From Leptolyngbyaceae cyanobacterium (GTDB lineage: Bacteria > Cyanobacteriota > Cyanobacteriia > Phormidesmidales > Phormidesmidaceae), in the NCBI GenBank assembly GCA_965263355.1, contig CBDHHL010000032.1, positions 1,696,001 through 1,760,000 of the forward strand: 64,000 bases of DNA, given 5' to 3'. Of the stretch, positions 61,501 through 64,000 are shown piece after piece. The notes below the pieces were generated by a model that was not told the DNA's origin, made no database searches, and saw only the letters and a list, made by a program, of their open reading frames with translations. The position numbers were made by a program, and so were the translations under genes. Each line of letters opens with the position of its first letter. Position 1 is the first letter of the stretch.

Positions 61501-63454
61501 ATGATTCACGCAGTAAGATATTGTTCTTCCAAGGGCCAAGACCACTGGCATACTCACTGATGACATCAATTAGATCTTGATTAGCCAGATCGGAGTAATT
61601 AGGGGCAGCACTGAAGTCTAAGGCATCAACCAGGGCATCACCATAGATGGGACGCAGTAGATCTTCATTAAACTCACCACCAACAAACTCAGGCACATTA
61701 GCCGGGTCAGTGCTGCGAGAGATAGTCAGTTCGTAGACACCATCTACAGGGGGTAAATCACCAGTGATAATACCGCCATCTTCACCGCTAGAACTAAACT
61801 CAGCCACACCAACAACGTATGTGCCAGATTCCTCCACGGTAAAGGTAACAAAAGACGCGTTACCGACACCTGTGTTACCGGGCTCTGCCTCATCATCGTT
61901 GTTAGCGAGGAGCGTGCCATCCGCTGAGAAGAGGAACAACTCTGTATCAAAGGTACTGTCATCAATATCTAAATGCAGCGTATCGCCTGCGACTGCTTCA
62001 AAGCTGTAGTAGTCAAGGGTCTCATCCCCAGTGGCAGTGATACTCGCATGGAATGTTGATGCAGAGATGTTGACACCTGTAACATCTTGAATTCCAGTAT
62101 CAAGGTTATTGGCAAAGCTAGTTAGGGGGATTTCCTGGGCTGTTTCCAGGGTATCGTTCCCTTCAACTTCAACGATCTCGGGTACGTCAAAGGCAGAGGC
62201 TGCATTAACGACAAAGTCGTAGGGAACAGAGAAACCACCGCCCCCTTCGTTAATAAAGCTACCTTCAGTGTCACCAAATAGCTGCACCAAAGGAATATCG
62301 CCTAGACCGGCTTCAGCCAACTGACCGCTCAAGTCAATCAGATTAGAAACCTCGAAGGACTGAATAAAGATACGATCAGGATCAGTAAATCCGGTATCAC
62401 CGAGTGTCTTAACTAACGCCTCTTCTAGGGATAGACCTTGGTTATCAAAGAAAGTGGGGTGCTTGGTCTCAGGATAGATACCCACCTGAACACCGGTTTG
62501 AGCTTCCACTTCCTGAACCAGTTCGATCACCTGCTCCAGGCTAGGGATTTTGAACAGACCGTCAAAGGCAGGATCACGGAAATCGCGAGACTGTACCGCC
62601 CGTAGCTGCTGGATTTCTTCCCAGGTAAAGTCTTCTGCAAAGTAAGCAGTGACTTCTGCACCGTCCAGCATTTTAGTGGACATGCGCTCGGGACCAAACA
62701 CCTCGGCTACGTTGGTGGTGTCATCGAGCATGGGCTCATGGCGAGCGATGAGCACACCATCGGAGGTGATCACTACGTCGGGTTCGATAAAGTCAGCACC
62801 GGCTGCGATCGCAGCCCGATACGCTTCCAACGTATGCTCAGGAAAATCACCACTTGCACCCCGGTGACCAATCACCAAAGGAGCCTGACCATTGAGCGTA
62901 TTCAAGTCAACTGGATTGGGCGTGGGAATAGGAGCCTCTAGTAGTTCACCCTCACTGTTAAAGTGCAGAATATAGGGACCAAACTCTTCACCCACCCAAA
63001 TGTCACCGTTATTATCAATAACAAATGACTCAATATCAAAATCACTACCGGCTAACAGACGCTCATCGCTGTCGCCATTTTGAATATCAAATGGAATCAA
63101 ACCATTGGGATCGCTCAGTTGAACAAACCCTTGAATATCGACACTACCGTCACCACCTTGACCATTAAAGCTTGGCTTGGCCTGGTAGATTCTCAATAGA
63201 TAATCGGTACTGTTGCTTTCGCCACCAAATCCATTATCGGATAGAAACCAGAATGTCTGGTCGTCCGTGTTGGGGGCAAACTGCACACCACTGAATCCCT
63301 GTACCGGCTGCCCATCGAAGGGGCCGCTGCGACCGTTCGCAGAGATTGGTTGAATACGATTGACTGCATCAATACGACCATTATCTGTACCAGACGAAGG
63401 ACCATCGGCGAAGGTATCGGCTGGTAGAGAAGCAAACCCTTTTAAGGTAACCAT
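58505..63454 (-). CDS. Multidomain exoenzyme: phytase-like esterase with two glycerophosphodiester phosphodiesterase domains, a PPC-like insert and RTX Ca-binding repeats
   Basis: QGFSG/SDNGFG/EEFGP and GYEGMA/NDNNYPFS (phytase-like); two HRGASG..EHT..EPD..YPETKHP units (GDPD); GGxGxD repeats. Confidence 0.9.
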   Translation of the reverse strand: MVTLKGFASLPADTFADGPSSGTDNGRIDAVNRIQPISANGRSGPFDGQPVQGFSGVQFAPNTDDQTFWFLSDNGFGGESNSTDYLLRIYQAKPSFNGQGGDGSVDIQGFVQLSDPNGLIPFDIQNGDSDERLLAGSDFDIESFVIDNNGDIWVGEEFGPYILHFNSEGELLEAPIPTPNPVDLNTLNGQAPLVIGHRGASGDFPEHTLEAYRAAIAAGADFIEPDVVITSDGVLIARHEPMLDDTTNVAEVFGPERMSTKMLDGAEVTAYFAEDFTWEEIQQLRAVQSRDFRDPAFDGLFKIPSLEQVIELVQEVEAQTGVQVGIYPETKHPTFFDNQGLSLEEALVKTLGDTGFTDPDRIFIQSFEVSNLIDLSGQLAEAGLGDIPLVQLFGDTEGSFINEGGGGFSVPYDFVVNAASAFDVPEIVEVEGNDTLETAQEIPLTSFANNLDTGIQDVTGVNISASTFHASITATGDETLDYYSFEAVAGDTLHLDIDDSTFDTELFLFSADGTLLANNDDEAEPGNTGVGNASFVTFTVEESGTYVVGVAEFSSSGEDGGIITGDLPPVDGVYELTISRSTDPANVPEFVGGEFNEDLLRPIYGDALVDALDFSAAPNYSDLANQDLIDVISEYASGLGPWKNNILLRESLDTPVDGDGDGVAEITSQLTGEVFPLIDFAHNSGLQIHPYTLRDEERFLTLNEDGTPQTPEEEFQQLVELGVDGFFTDFPRTGDPVVDKLTSDEVRSPNNPDFDFNTLNGQTPLVIGHRGASGDFPEHTLEAYRLAIYQGADFVEPDLVITSDGVLIARHEPMLDDTTNVAEVFGPERMSTKMLDGAEVTAYFAEDFTLAEIKQLRAVQSRDFRSDEFDGQFEIPTFEEVIQLVEEVSGLVGREIGIYPETKHPTFFDEQGLSLEEPLVQTLVDTGFTDRDRIFIQSFEISNLLDLRNNILPAAGLDNLQLVQLFGDTEGSFINDGGGGFSVPYDLVVNADLSDAEKEAIYGDLLPFLDFENPGYDSLANGEAITEISSYADGLGPWKNNILLRESFATSEDRDGNGTNETILQRITFDTTEGVFGGLVAYNSELFTGEGTEIVDPANSLELDIDFFGTTLTEEDDSLFDFFPQLTLEDGVPVNLEYQILTDDLSFSITGVTGDLEVEFEQGPVTAPTLAGEGIVEIPVGITSQLTGEVVPLVDFAHDAGLQIHPYTLRDEPRFLTLNPDGTIQTAGEEFEQLIELGVDGFFTDFPETGRIIVEQFETAEEFANLRGSRGYEGMAFSPDRLTLYPMLEGSVFGDPAGSLRIYEFDVASSAFEGILGLYQLEETNHAIGDFTPINDDEFLVIERDGGQAAGAEFKKIFKVDLSNIDADGFVEKTEVADLLNIADPDDLNGDGETTFTFPFVTIEDVLVLDETTILVANDNNYPFSIGRDFTGTEIDNNEVIVLELDNPLNLDSRLGAAAIPDADPIVGDDGDNEVIGTVSNDTIAGGLGADIIAGGSGDDVLRGDLDSRNPQGNAGGDDLIFGGAGNDRIGGKGGNDELFGDAGDDLIWGDDGDDIIRGDLGNDTLTGDNFSGGSGSDTFILASGEGTDTIVDFEVGIDFIGLADGLTFDQLSLGQSGDTAVISFGDEDLALLNGVAVSALTETAFTVV

Positions 63455-64000
63455 CTTTACCTCTGAAGAACACTAACACTAAGTAACTGTTGACATGAAG
63501 AAACCAGCCACTCCCCAAAAGAAGTGAGCGCCATCATCTCCATCTCTCTTTTCGGATCTTTTAAAATCCCCCTCAAAAATATTTCAGAAGTAGGTTAACA
63601 AAACATTTTCATACTGTTAACCATAGATTGCTAAATCCATTGAATTTTGACAACAGTTGGGAAAGGGATTGGTTAGAGGTTGTTTAGCTACGATACCTGA
63701 GGGCAATAACTTTCATGAAGGCTTATTTAGTTTAACCAGATTGTTACCAAAGCCCCCAAAGAGATTTTTAAGTCATCAAATGAAATCAAACAATACCACC
63801 GTAGGTTGGGCCTTGCCACCAGGCCGTAGGCCATAGGTTAGGTAGAGGCACGAAACCCAACTGGGAGAATAGGGAATGGGAAATAGACCTTTTTAGTTAA
63901 ATAAATCTATACTTTTCATCTTTCTGATTGTTTTTGTGAATTGAACATTTTTCTAGTAAGCACCAGGTTTAAAGAACCTAATCTTAACCTGCGTTAAACT

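Noticed and set aside
58653..62941. Many short ORFs overlapping large genes (here and elsewhere)
   Set aside because: Antisense or alternate-frame shadows of well-supported CDSs.
63590..64000. Pho box for the GDPD/phytase gene
   Set aside because: Only isolated half-sites (GTTAACCT at 63592-63599, CTTAACCT at 63983-63990) without clean 11-bp periodicity inside the window.

Overview
Cyanobacterial chromosomal window. HIP1 octamers (GCGATCGC) are frequent, and a filamentous Leptolyngbya-like host is my inference. Left to right it contains: an AT-rich, partly decayed island (xisI/xisH and YhcG remnants, a NACHT NTPase); a cph1 phytochrome signalling operon with two Rcp1-like receivers and a hybrid kinase; a SnoaL/MDR/VOC trio; a complete phosphite uptake and oxidation operon ptxABCD with a candidate Pho box; an orphan membrane-anchored TAXI protein; an MNT-HEPN toxin-antitoxin pair; an atypical PEP-CTERM metallophosphoesterase; a deletion-collapsed CHASE2/PP2C/Slr1658-like/guaD locus beside an adenylate cyclase; a candidate three-way-junction RNA leader; an isolated attC-like site; an arsR-arsP...arsH cluster with unexplained genes; a PAS-GGDEF-EAL protein; a 21-bp hairpin tandem array before a triple-TIR/WD40 protein; and a 1649-aa phytase-like/2xGDPD/RTX exoenzyme. 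Many gene fragments occur, and several genes are frameshifted by short duplications. I saw no rRNA, tRNA, CRISPR array or intact transposase. All family calls are by-eye motif recognition; no searches were run.
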